A stretch of DNA of 64,000 nt, taken from NCBI RefSeq assembly GCF_000002075.1, contig NW_004797271.1:625801-689800 (forward strand). The letters run 5' to 3'. Every line of letters begins with the position of its first letter. Positions within the stretch are counted from its first letter, which is position 1. Shown here in pieces: positions 50,901 through 63,097 of this stretch. The position numbers were made by a program, and so were the translations under genes. The notes below the pieces were generated by a model. It was not told the DNA's origin, did no database searches, and saw only the letters and a program-made list of their open reading frames with translations. The stretch comes from Aplysia californica (Eukaryota).

Positions 50901-53900
50901 CATAATATATAGAACGAAAATAACACGCAACAACCTCCAGTCAACAAAATGGAGGATAGACAGACTATCGCAAGCTTGCTCACCACTAGATTTAGTTTTA
51001 GTTTTACTGTTTAGTAATGTTTTTACAGCGCTCGCAACTGCACGAGTGACAAGGGGTGGATGTCAACAGAAAAATCTAAACGGGCAACCAAGCTTACTCT
51101 GCTCACCTTTCTAGCCTCAACAGCACAAAGTCTGCTTCGACTATCAAGGCACCCCGGAAATAGTGGGTCACAAGAGTGACAAACATACATAAGAAATAGA
51201 GGAAAAATAACGATAGTAAGGATGAGAAGAAAAAGCAGCAGTTCCCCCTATGTTGTTACGGCACAGTATAAGCAGGACATTGATAAATCAGCCCATACTT
51301 ACAATTCTACTGTGCATAAGAGCACCCCCCCCCCCTTTGGGAATGGCCTAAAGACACTTCAGTCAGTAGCACTGGTTGGGGGGGGGGGGGGTAGATTTAG
51401 ACCTAATGTGTGCACACAGGGTGACTGCCAAACCAGCTTCTCAGTTTTCCAGGGGGTCATCCATTTTCCAGGGGCAAGTTACATAACAACACACACACAC
51501 ATAAAATATACCCAGTCAACAACATGTCAGTGTTGCACTGGGGTCTTGTTTGACTAGCCTAAGTATTTCAGTGTGTTATAAACTTTCCTCTCATTATTAT
51601 ATATTAAAAAATGAATCCTGCTTTGAGCGTTCGGAAGGGCCTTGAACAAGAATTTCGACTGTGAAGAACCAATCTGGGTGTCATGACTCATAATATTATG
51701 AACATGAAAGGCAAAAATTATTGCTCAAACTCTAACTTGAATGGCCCCAGTAGACCCATGAAGTGAGAGAGTTGTAAGAACTGGGGGGGGGGGGGGGGAC
51801 TTTGAATGAACTTTGGTGACCCCAACAACAAACGCTGTGCTCACGTGCACAGGTTCATTGACCGGTCACGATGGCGAGCCCGACAATCTAAAAATCAGAC
51901 GACGCTTATACTTTCTTTTCTCTCCCCCCCCCCACATGTGACAGCACAGAGACGAGTCCGAGTACTGATTAAATTTTATTTGCGCTGCAGCACAGCGTTT
52001 AGATATAGATCTATATATTCATACTGCACAACCTGCATGTCACAAATGTTACGTTAGTTATCAGTCCATCGCCGGCTAATTTCTGAAAGCGAAAGTAGAT
52101 CATGATTTTCCCGATCGAGCCTCGGTGTCACGCACACTTTCGCCTGCCACCATAGCCGCCATTTTGCGTGAAAAATACTCTCAAACGAGGAAAAGGTGAA
52201 CGAATATTATCATATCACAATCGCGACCGGCAAAAACAGAGTCATGTACTGCGGCTAGGGTTCAATTAAGCATGTTTTGGCTTCATCACTCCGTACGCAG
52301 ATTAATTTACGACCGTTTATCAAATGTTTACTACCTTCACGGCGTATTTACTACCATTTACGACCTTTGCGGCCAGGGCGCTGAATTTACGACTTTTTTT
52401 GCGACTTTACTGGACACCCTGAATCTTCTATCATTTCTGAGCATACATTAAATAGCTATATCACCTATATCATTTGACAAAATAAAAAGCAAACAAATGA
52501 TGCCTTTATCAAAATTGCCACTGAGAAACATAGATAAAGATAATGTCTTACTGACACTGTAAGGGTTAACTCATTCAAGCCTCGGCTTTTTTTTAAAGCC
52601 CAACAACCACAGCAGTCGGAAAATTTTTGAGGTGTAATGAAATGAAACAAGTGGGTCTTACGCTCGTTTGCCCCTTCCCATAGCGTCTACCTGAAAACTT
52701 TGGAGATAATGCCTGTCCTGCCAACGCACAGGGTCCGGGTACCAGGTGCATTCAGTAAATATATAGTAAGCAGCTCAAACAAGTTCAAAGAGTATGTGGC
52801 CTACCATTGTCGAAACCAGGACATAAAGAGTTGTTAACCCAATGTAAATTGAACTTTGCTTCTTGTTACATATGTTTTGATTCCCTATTGATTTGAATTT
52901 TCAAATTATTTTCTTATTACAATATATATCCTCACAGGTGCAGTTGTTGTGGTCCTGTACAATAGCTCATTCATAAGTGTTTCTAAAGAACAGCATTATG
53001 AAATTGAGATAAAGGGATACATGCCAAGTGGCACTGATTTGATGACATCCACTAATGAAAAATGTTGTACCGGTACCTGACTTTTACAATTTTGACTCCA
53101 AATGTTTACCATCTGACTAAAGATTAAAATCTATGATAACATAATTAATTCTTTTAGCTTTCAGACATTCTTTGTCATGCTCTGAAACAATGCTCCTGAT
53201 TTCGTGGACGTGAATGACTGCAAAATCACAGCGGTTTAAAAATACAGTTCTTTTAAAACTGATGGTAAAGAGGGGAAAAGCTGGGCTAAAAATTACAACA
53301 GCTATTTGAGCCGACTTAATCAGACTGACCTGTACAGGCACGGGTATGCGTGGGAAGAGGGTAGAGTACCACTCCAGTTTGACCAGCCACTGACGCAACA
53401 TCTCGCCGATGGTCATGAAGTGACCGCCTCCCGCTTTCACGTCCAGCTCCTGCACACAACAACCAGAGAGAAGAAAGAAAAACAAAAACTGGTTAGACAA
53501 CTCTCAATCAGCTAAAACTTTACAGCTGTTCAAAGAAACAAGTGAAATAGAAGAACCATAGGGTAAAAACCTTATACCCCTAGAAACATAAAGTTGAAAA
53601 TGAACATTGCCGACAAATATCACAAGGCATACTTCTGATCACAAGTAAAAATGGCTTAATCAAAAAAGGAACTTCATGCTTCATACTCAACATCTGACAT
53701 CGAAAAGCAATGACATCCTACACTGAATGGAGAAATGTAACTGTTTTGAGCGCAATTTGGATTTTTGCCTCCATCCACAACATCCCCCCCTTTTATTCCA
53801 CAGGAAGTAACACCAACTCCCCCCCCCCTTTCCTCAATAATACACCCTCTGAGAGCAGCGCCCAATATATAAGGCAAGATTTAACCAATGAGAACTATTT

Positions 53901-56900
53901 TAAGCGAGCTATTAAGAATCGTTCTGTGAGCTATCACTGTCATGTACAAGAACAAAGTTATTGTATCCATGGCAACGTGTGATGTTTACAGACATGATAC
54001 AAGGAAATCCTGCAGTTTAGAATGAGGAGAGCAACTATTTGATCAATCAATCACCACTGGTAAACATTCAAGGACAAAATTATTAAACTCAGCCATCTTA
54101 AACACATGGAGAAAAAAAAAAAGGAAAAAAAGTGCCCCCTTCTTGGGCCCCTGAGGATTTAATTATAACCTCAAGTCGAGGCGTCCGAGATAGAGGCCGT
54201 GGAGGCTGCTGGGAGATAATCCTAATCCTTGCACAGGCTAAGGCAAAGACCCTGCACATACAAAACAGCACATTTATTATGGCATTAGGGGGAAAGGTAA
54301 AGCTCTCAGTATCATCATAACAACCTAACCTTACAAACTGCATTGACAGACTGATAGATCAGTGATCAAAAGCATGTATATGTACAGCCTAAACATCTAG
54401 ACCAATACTTTTATAAATACAAAACCATCTTAACCTCACTGAAATAAGAATCAGATCGATAAACTATCTCGATAAACATAGTGTGTATTAGTGTTTACAT
54501 CTTTAGAGAAATAAACCACTGCTAAATTTGTACTACCAAATTTGTCACGATCTCTCTCATACATCCTGTCTAAACATTAACAAATCAAGATAAGCATAAA
54601 CCATAGAAGAAGACGACATAGCACTTTGAATCAAACAGACTATAATTCCCAGATAGATCTCCAACAACTTGCAAGGAGATGACAATGTCTGGGAGTATTT
54701 AAGGCTCTGTCGCGGTTCAAGAACATTGTAAAGCACAAAGAGCTTATTTTATAATAGGGATCTGTGCTGCATCAATTAATTTTCATTATCATTAGCATTA
54801 TTGTTGTTATTCCAGCACTCTTTACTTCTGAGCACATGGACAAATATCATCAGTGATTTTTCTAGCAAGGGGAGGCAAAGAAAAAGATCTGTGATTTGCC
54901 ACAATCATCAAGTGCAAATTCTGTGACAGACATCGGCGATCATGGTTCCCCATTCATTCCTTTGCTCGCACGCTTTTAAAAAAGCTATGTTCAATTTTGC
55001 CAGTGATAGATAAGTGTTCATCAAGGCCCTTATGTTTATTCAAATGTCCCACACAGTTTTCCAACGGTAGTACCACCAACGTGTTCAGAGTGCTATGTCT
55101 GACAGCTGAGGCATCAGAGGGCAAAGGACAAACAGGAGAGTGAGGAGGAAGACAAAGCTGCAACTCATGCAGAAATACTCACCCATGTCAGGATGAGCTG
55201 AGCTGTAACACGACACAGCAGCTCACCATCCAAGAGGGGGAGAGGTTCTCATGTGTAATGTGTAGTGTGCATGTGTGTATGTGTGCCTGTGTCTTGCATA
55301 GTGAGTCTGAAATCTAGCAGTTCTAATCTCAAAAGAATTCTAAATTTCTTCTCAGAACTTTGGCCCTGGGACAATTTATTTTTCCATTTTTAACTACCCT
55401 ATTCCAAACATAAACAAATCATGTTAAATTAAATTCCCTAAAGAATGCACTATCTAAAAAATTACCACACAAATCACAGCAGAACTCTGTGTTCTATTCC
55501 ATAGTTCAAAAAAGGGAAAGTTGGATGATTTCGAGAGACAACAACAACAAGTTTCTTCACTTGGATCGACTGCATAGCTGGCTAACTGGTGCACGAGTCA
55601 GCACTGGGGCGGGTCATGTTGCGTGTGTGTTTTTGTGTGTCTGTCTGGGATGTATTCACATACCTCATCATCATCCAAATAGCCATCATACCAGTCCCAG
55701 AGATCTTGAGGTTGTTGCGTGTATCTGTACAATAGACAAGTCACAATTGTTATGGTTTCTCCAAAAGAAATAGAAGGTCAACAGTGAGAGACAAACCGCT
55801 ACTCTTTACAAATGGGAAAATCCAACAAATCATGTAATATAAAATCCTAGCACAAGTTCTAATGTGGGCCAAAAACAAAAATGCACACTTGAAACACTTG
55901 GAAGCACAACATTCGTGTGTCATTATAGATGCCGGCAAGACCCAGAGGAAGATAAACATACTGTGGCTTGCCCTCACTGTTTGTTGTATTTTTATAGAGA
56001 GTGGCAAGACCTACAGGAAGACAGAAAAATATCAAAGTCAAAGAATATCATTCCACCAATACTGTACAAGAAACATTCTGAAAAAGGTGGGTACAAGCAA
56101 TATACCTGGTATACAGCCCTCTCTTATTTTCTATACAGTACTGGGGAAAAGGTACTGTCAAAAAATGATTAGTTCATGATACTGAAATACTGTGCTCCAC
56201 GTTGTCTTTTTAAAAAAATAGTACATTAACATCCTTAGTGCTGACAGCCGATTAAAAAGGCCGTAAGTGGTGATCCTGCTTTATTACACAGCACACAGAT
56301 ATTCTGATGTCGAGACTGGATTTTCTTTGTATATTGTTCAGAGCTCCTGCTTAATTACACCGCACACAGATATTTTGTTGCTGGGTCTGGTATTTATTTG
56401 TTTGTAGTTTTGAAGTCCTGCCAAGTCATGCTGCTCACATAGCCTATGGCAGACCTACCTGATGTACATGAAGCCTAGTCCTCTTATGTAGGGTGAGTCA
56501 CGATGTGTGATCAGGTTATTCACCTGTTTCTTGGTCAGCTTCAAGGTGAACAATTTGTAGAGAAGACAGTAAGCACTGGACACAATGCCCCCTGCCCCAA
56601 CACCTCTCACCTGAAACAAAACATTTGTACTGTGAAAAGAGACAAAAATACCATGAAACAGTTTGAAAAGTGCAGATAATAAACCCCCCCCCCTCACCTC
56701 AAACAAAAAAAAAACAAAACCAAAACAAGCATTATTGACAATTTATGCAGAGTTGACAGATTGTGCTGAACACAATGCACACATCCCCCCCCCCCCCCTT
56801 TTCTACATATTCCAAAAACATCTCTCACCTAAAATAAAGCACTGCATCCACAAGAGAATTGGGTACCTTACTGAGCTTTACAAAGATCTTGTCAGTAAGT

Positions 56901-58235
56901 GAGTCACTGAGTCAAGTCAAATGGAATATTGCATAAAAATGGCATAAAGTAAAGCACTTCTTTGTAATGCTTTCAAGGAAGGTAATGTTTCAGAAAATTG
57001 AAGGGTCTTTTGAGGAAATAACAAATTGTAAAGTCAACTACATAGAACTTGCATTAGTAAGAACAGAGACATTGGTGTAATTTTCTTTCAAGTTCACCCA
57101 ACTTTTGTCTAATCTGCCACACACACATAAACAGCAGGGGAATAAAAGCCCCACTTGTGCCACACAGAATATTGGTTTGATGTCATATAGAGAAAGAGAA
57201 AGTTCTGCTGGATAAAAGCTTTGCCACAACTTACCCCACCACACATGCCTGTCTGCCCTGCCGTCTTTCTGCTTCCCTTCTCCCATGGTTCTAGATGTTC
57301 AACCTGGCAATAGGAACCAAACATAAAATAATTAAACATCATCTTTTCTTAAGTTTCACATACATATTAAGGCTATAATAACATTTCAAGGGAAACGTAC
57401 AATATCTATCTTTTCTCATTCCTGCGAGTTCGATATGCGTAGTCTTTTTTGTAAACTTCAAACTGTATTTCACTGAAGTATAAATTTAATCATTTGTCTG
57501 TCAATATCTGACGATGACTAATGCATCACCACAGGAGAATATTTCTAAGCAAAATGGAGGAAAAAAAGATTAAGATGACTTAGATTCTACTATGGCCAAT
57601 GAAACCAATTCTAGCACAGAAGAGATTTTTCACCGTTTGAGCATTTAAAAGTTTCATTTTCACTTTATAGAAATATGCAGCTCGCAATTACTACAAAATA
57701 TTTAAGCAAATGTCATGAGATACACTATAATTCACTTTATTAGTTTTCTTTATAACCCTGAACAGGTAAGAATTTTCAGAGCTTCGAAGTGTTTCTTTCT
57801 TAACTTTCAAGATCCTTAGTTTTGTGTATAGTGTAACAATTCCATCACAATAATAAAAGTCCCTTGTTAAAGATATATTTTCTCACACATTTCTATCACC
57901 ACAACGTAATGTCACAAGAGAAATGAGTAACGCAAGTGTTCACCCAACCCAGTCAAAAGGAAGTACTCATTTAATTTGCGACAGCAGCAATGATAGGATT
58001 ACAGAACAGGATATGACATATTTTATGATCAACTGGACCACAATTAATTTTTCAAAATCATTTCCACAAAATCACTCACTTTGTAATAGATTTCATCCAC
58101 AACTTCATGAAATGTCTTCAATTCAAAGAGCTGCACTTTGAAGTATGGTGATGACTGAATGTTTGTGAGGATCAAAGGGTTTAGATTCATCGTCTTCTCA
58201 TTTCCCCATACAGTCAGGGGATTGTTAGGAGCCAT
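47590..58235 (-). CDS. PRPF38B: Pre-mRNA-splicing factor 38B, 404 aa, 8 coding exons (PRP38 domain plus RS tail)
   Basis: Exons 58235-58080, 57303-57235, 56610-56459, 55724-55664, 53449-53330, 50643-50492, 49931-49746, 47908-47590 (1215 nt). Motifs WGNEKTMNLNP, HLEPWEKGSRKTAGQTGMCGGVRGVG, DSPYIRGLGFMYIRYTQ and TLFPRIPVPVQK are diagnostic. Confidence 0.95.
48764..49567. mobile_element. TIR MITE (hAT-like termini) with 6-bp TSD
   Basis: CATAGCTGCCACT ... AGTGGCAGCTATG, with ATATAT on both sides. Confidence 0.7.
49746..49931 (-). CDS. PRPF38B: PRPF38B coding exon 7 (RSP repeats)
   Basis: RGSASNGRRED...RRSPRRSPPRRSGSPRHSPYSR; phase 2/2. Confidence 0.85.
50492..50643 (-). CDS. PRPF38B: PRPF38B coding exon 6
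   Basis: KDIDMKMRSRP...AALSQR; GTAAAT donor, phase 2. Confidence 0.85.
50780..52421. mobile_element. TIR non-autonomous element (hAT-like termini) with 6-bp TSD
   Basis: CAGGGTGTCCAG ... CTGGACACCCTG, with AATCTT on both sides. Confidence 0.8.
53330..53449 (-). CDS. PRPF38B: PRPF38B coding exon 5
   Basis: ELDVKAGGGHFMTIGEMLRQWLVKLEWYSTLFPRIPVPVQ. Confidence 0.95.
55664..55724 (-). CDS. PRPF38B: PRPF38B coding exon 4
   Basis: YTQQPQDLWDWYDGYLDDDE; GTATGT donor. Confidence 0.93.
56459..56610 (-). CDS. PRPF38B: PRPF38B coding exon 3
   Basis: VRGVGAGGIVSSAYCLLYKLFTLKLT...GFMYIR. Confidence 0.95.
57235..57303 (-). CDS. PRPF38B: PRPF38B coding exon 2
   Basis: VEHLEPWEKGSRKTAGQTGMCGG; GTAAGT donor. 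Confidence 0.95.
58080..58235 (-). CDS. PRPF38B: PRPF38B coding exon 1
   Basis: MAPNNPLTVWGNEKTMNLNP...VDEIYYK; in-frame stop upstream; exon acceptor at 58274. Confidence 0.93.
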
Positions 58236-59361
58236 GACTGCTTTTCTTGTCTCAAAGCTCAATCAGTCATAACCTGTGAAACAAAGCAATACAGACCTAC
58301 AGTAATAAACACACATATTAAACTTTAAAAATCATCTAACAGTAACCAGCAATGCCTAGGCTGGCCTTCCTCCATTCACTCCCAAAACCCTAAAATCAGT
58401 TTTCAAATCTGACTCATATATACGACTCTGACATTATATTTCAGAACGACTCTGTGATGATGTCCTTATTTTTTTATGGGATCTTTTTAACATGAAAATT
58501 TCTCCAAATAACTTCCAATAATAATACAAATTAAACCTGTCTGCAATGATGTAGGAGTATTCCACATGCTGATCAAATGAATATACAGTCGAACCTGCCT
58601 TAACGGAAACCTGTTTTAACAGAATATCCCCACTCCTCCCTTGAAAAACAGTCCAACCTGCCCTGACGGCCACCTGTACAAACGGCCACTTTCCATTTCC
58701 CCCCTTGCGTTTTTTCTATATAATTTAACTGTGTAAAACGGGCACCTGTCCAACGTGGCCGCGGCCACCATATTTTAACACACAACCCCTATCACACTAA
58801 GCAATAACACCTGTCTTTGACGGCCACCATAGTGACTCCATTACGTTTTGTCATTAATTGTGCATTGGCCCCTGGCGTTGTGGGCGAGCCGTCATAATCT
58901 AATCACCTGTCGTTGTTGTTAGGTAGTCCCTCCAACCGATCATGTTGAGTAGGCCCCTCCCACTGTTGACCAATAGGTACCAATTTCCAGCTGCTGGTGA
59001 GGGAAGCGTGAGATCCCTCATAACCCATAAGCCCCGCCCAGAACGCATACACAAATCGTAAGTGAGAAGGATGGTCACTGTGACTGTTTACCCAGTCCGT
59101 AACAAAGTAACAAATGGACGTCAACATGGACTTGTGACAGAAGCGTCGCTCGTTCTTCGAGTGGTGGCGACCCATATGTTTGTTTTACCATGACACTCTG
59201 TGTACTGACAGGTTTGAGTCAATAGGGCCAAACCTGGATCTAAGTACGGCTAGACTGGCAGTCTAGCTCTCAGGCTAGTAAGTACGGCTAGTCACTTCGT
59301 ATGTATGTGAAAAGGTCAGAGCAATTGAACAATTCTGAGTAAAGTTATGATTTTTTTAAAA

Positions 59362-61292
59362 GGAAGCGGCTATCCTCATCCAGGGTGAGAATAAAAATAT
59401 GATCGACCTCTCACCCCGGGTGAGACTTGCCAACGTTGGCTATTCTCACCCGGTGTGAAACAAGACCTGTTTTTCCCAATTTAGGAATACTATCTATCGG
59501 TGTGGATGATCAAATTGATAAAAGCAAAGAAAAAAATGACGTTATAGCACAAAGGTAAGCTAATTTGATCGTCTTCAAAGAAGCTATGGCTATTTCACTT
59601 TTCGAATCGAGCCGAACTACGCGGGTCGCCATTTTGTTTTCCCCAGAAGTTCTCGCTCTCGCAAGATCTACTCCTCCCCCCTCTCTCACTCTTTTTGAAT
59701 TCTGTCTATCGGTGTGGTCGATCAAACTGACCACAACAAAGTTAAAAAATGATGTTAAAACACAAAAGTAAATTAATTTGATCGTCTACAAAGATGCTAC
59801 GGCTACTTAACTTTTCGAATCGAGCCAAACTACGCGGGTCGCCATTTTGTTTTGCCCGGAAGTTTTCGCGCTACTCCTCCCTCTCTCTTTCTCTCTCCAG
59901 TTCCACTGCCCACAGACAAAATTGCACGCTTTTAGGCTAACATAGAGGTAATGGAATGTTTGTTCATGGCACAAAATTCTACAATTCTGTTATCACAGTG
60001 TAGAATTCTGTGGTTCAGGGTGAACGCTACACTACTGGTTGGCCTAGGCTATAACGATGAACGCACACCGGGTGAGAATAGCCAAAAGACTCGCCTGCGC
60101 TATTTTCATACGGGGTGAGAATAGAGGTAGCCTTTTTAAAATATCCCAAAAACCTCAGTCTTCAGGGGTGTCCCTCACGAGACCTGTCTTCGGTGAGTTA
60201 AACAGTGTACAGGTACAGTAAGCTGCAGGCAACAGCACAGCATGTACCACATCATAATATAATCAGAGTGTCTACGTACATGGTAACCGGGCACCTAGTC
60301 TCACTATCTACGTACACGGTAACCGGGCACCTAGTCTCACCTAATCTCAGTATCTACGTACACGGTAACCGGGCACCCCGTCTCAATATCTACGTACACG
60401 GTAACCGGAATGAAAATAAATCAATATTTGTCCTTTGCTGTCACTTGCTGGAAAAAAAAAAGAAAGTCATACAAGCATCTTGTCGGGCTCGCCATCGTGA
60501 CCGGTCAGTAAACCTGTGCGGGCGCATCACATTGTTGAGTACCGGTTGGGGTCACCAAAGTTCATTCAAAGTCTGTGCGTTGCGAAGTATATAGGGCTCT
60601 GGAATGGGGAGATATTGATTTTTTTAAGGAAGTCGCTATTCTCATCCGGGGTGAGAATAGAAAAACGATCTACCTCTCACCCCGGGTGAGACTTGCCAGC
60701 GAAACTCACCGAAAACTGAGGTCTCGTGAGGGACACCCCTGAAGACTGAGGTTTTTGGGATATTTTAAAAAGGCTACCTCTATTCTCACCCGGGATGAGA
60801 ATAGTGCAGGCGGGTCTTTTAGCTATTCTCACCCGGTGCGCGTTCACTGTTATAGCCTAGATCTAGGCCAACAAATTTTGCGTTCACCCTAAACCACAGA
60901 ATTCTACACTGTGATAACAGAAAAATTGTAGAATTCTGTGCCGTGAACAAACGTTCCATTACAACTGTAGCCTACTAAAAGCGTACAATTTTGTCTGTGG
61001 GCAGTGGAGAGAGAGAGAGAAAGAGAGAGAGGAGTAGCGCGAGAATTTCCGGGCAAAACAAAATGGCGACCCGCGTAGTTCGGCTCGATTCGAAAAGTTA
61101 AATAGCCGTAGCATCTTTGTAGACAACCAAATTTATATTTACTTTTGTGTTTTAACATCATTTTTTAACTTTGTTTTGGTCAATTTGATCGTCCACACCA
61201 ATAGACAGTATTCAGAAAGCGACAGAGAGAGAGAAAAGAGGGGAGGAGTTGATCTTGCGAGAACTTCCGGGCGGGTGAGAATAGCCACTTTC
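59362..61292. repeat. Large inverted repeat formed by family A elements
   Basis: About 59640-60199 is the reverse complement of about 60702-61270. The 500-bp spacer contains TCTACGTACACGGTAACCGG tandem units. Confidence 0.85.
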
Positions 61293-61781
61293 TTTTTTTA
61301 TTCATCAGTTGCTCTCAAATGTCTCCCTCTGGTAGGACAATGTTTCAAAAACCACCAAATATGATTATTTATATCAGGAAACAACATTTGGTGTAAGAAT
61401 TAGATCGTTTGAAAAGTGAGGAAAGGTGTTTGCATTGAAATTGAAAGATGAAAGTCCTATTTCCTGAATATCCTTTCGAGTCCCTCAAGTGTCTAACTGG
61501 GTCAAAATGCTCATATTTCATTCGATGAACGTCTCAACCGACGCTCTGTTATCTCTACCAACGCCTCGCGTTGCAAAACAATGCAGTAAGTTTCAGATGG
61601 ACACTCAGGCACAAGCAGATTGACGCACACACATTTTAGCACACAGATGCAGACCCCGCCGTAAACGAAATGCGTTGCCCGCGCGGGACGACGACTGACC
61701 AGGGACCAGCTGTGGAGCGCCACGCGCGATTGTGCTTATATAAATCGGGCAAACATTTATCATCAGGGACCAGAATCTTAA

Positions 61782-62628
61782 CCCTCATCCTGCGGGAGCC
61801 GGGTTTATGTAGCCCGATAAGCCTATTTCGGCACCTCGCCTGCGTTCTGGTCCCGAGTCAGTGTAGCTCCTGGCTCAGCGCACGCGCATCTCTTACGTGT
61901 CATTCGGGTCCCGAGTCGGATCCCCATTCACGCAGGTCAAGTGTGTGTGCGTCAGTCTGCTTGAGTTTGTGTGCGTTTGTGGCCTTCTTCTAGAACCACC
62001 TGCGTTGGTTCGTAATCGAGGCATACGTCTCATTCAAAACATGCCAAGTTGATAGCTCTAGATGTTCGTCCAATGAAATTATAGAAGAAATTGACCCACT
62101 TAGACATGAGGAGCTCGAAAGGATAGTCAGGAAACAAGACTTCCATTTTTCTATACAAAATATTTCAAATGAGCTTGATTTTGTATGAAATGATACTACC
62201 TGATAAAAGATGAGCTTGTTTAATAGTTTTGAATACCCTTGTGCAGGTACAAAGAACAATTTGAGTGTAAAACATTCGGAAATTGACCTAAATTATCCCT
62301 TTTCGAACCTCAGGTCATTCATAACAACAAGAGCGTCCAGAAAGGTTATTCAAATGGGCGTAACTACTCGTAATGTCTTATCAGCTTGTGAGAGGGGGTT
62401 ATTCATGTGTTTGTAACACTTTATAAATAGAATGCTATGAAGGATAGAGCGTTATTTTCATCATCAGTTAACACACTCCCGCGGTATTCATGGCGAAAAC
62501 ACACGTTTCCCGGCGCGCGCGCTGTACACCAACAGTACACACTGAGTGACCCCGGCGGCCTGCCCGGCGAGTCCGACGTAATCGGTTGCTGATAAGATAC
62601 GCATCTGGGCACAGACGCAGGATAAGAG
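61782..62628. mobile_element. piggyBac-like MITE (inverted copy of 4615-5466)
   Basis: TTAA flanks; end-to-end homology. Confidence 0.8.
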
Positions 62629-63097
62629 TTAAGGGTTAAAGGTACAACCAGGGGAGGGGTGGGGATGAAAGCAACACCCGATAACAAAAACTGAACTTGG
62701 GAGTTCTGGACTGCCCGGTTACCATGATAGAGTGACTACGTGCCCGGTTGCCGGTTACGGTAAGATTGAAGAATACCGGACCAGCGGATTAGGACTACTT
62801 TTGCCTGTCTTGACAACCTTAGGAATTCTTTATTTTTCCCAGTTTTTAATCTCTCTCAATGAAGAAGGCCACCTCTATTCTCACCCCGGGTGAAAATAGT
62901 GCAGGCGACTCTTTTGGCTATTCTTACCCGGTGCGCGTTCACCGTTATAGCCTAGATCTAGATCTAGATCTAGAATCTAGATCTAGATTAGGCCAAACAA
63001 TTTTGCGTTCACCATGGCCATGCCAAAGACCATCTTCCCTCAGTCAACAACTCTTCTTTCACTTTCAAATTATACTCTATGAAACAATCACACTTAC

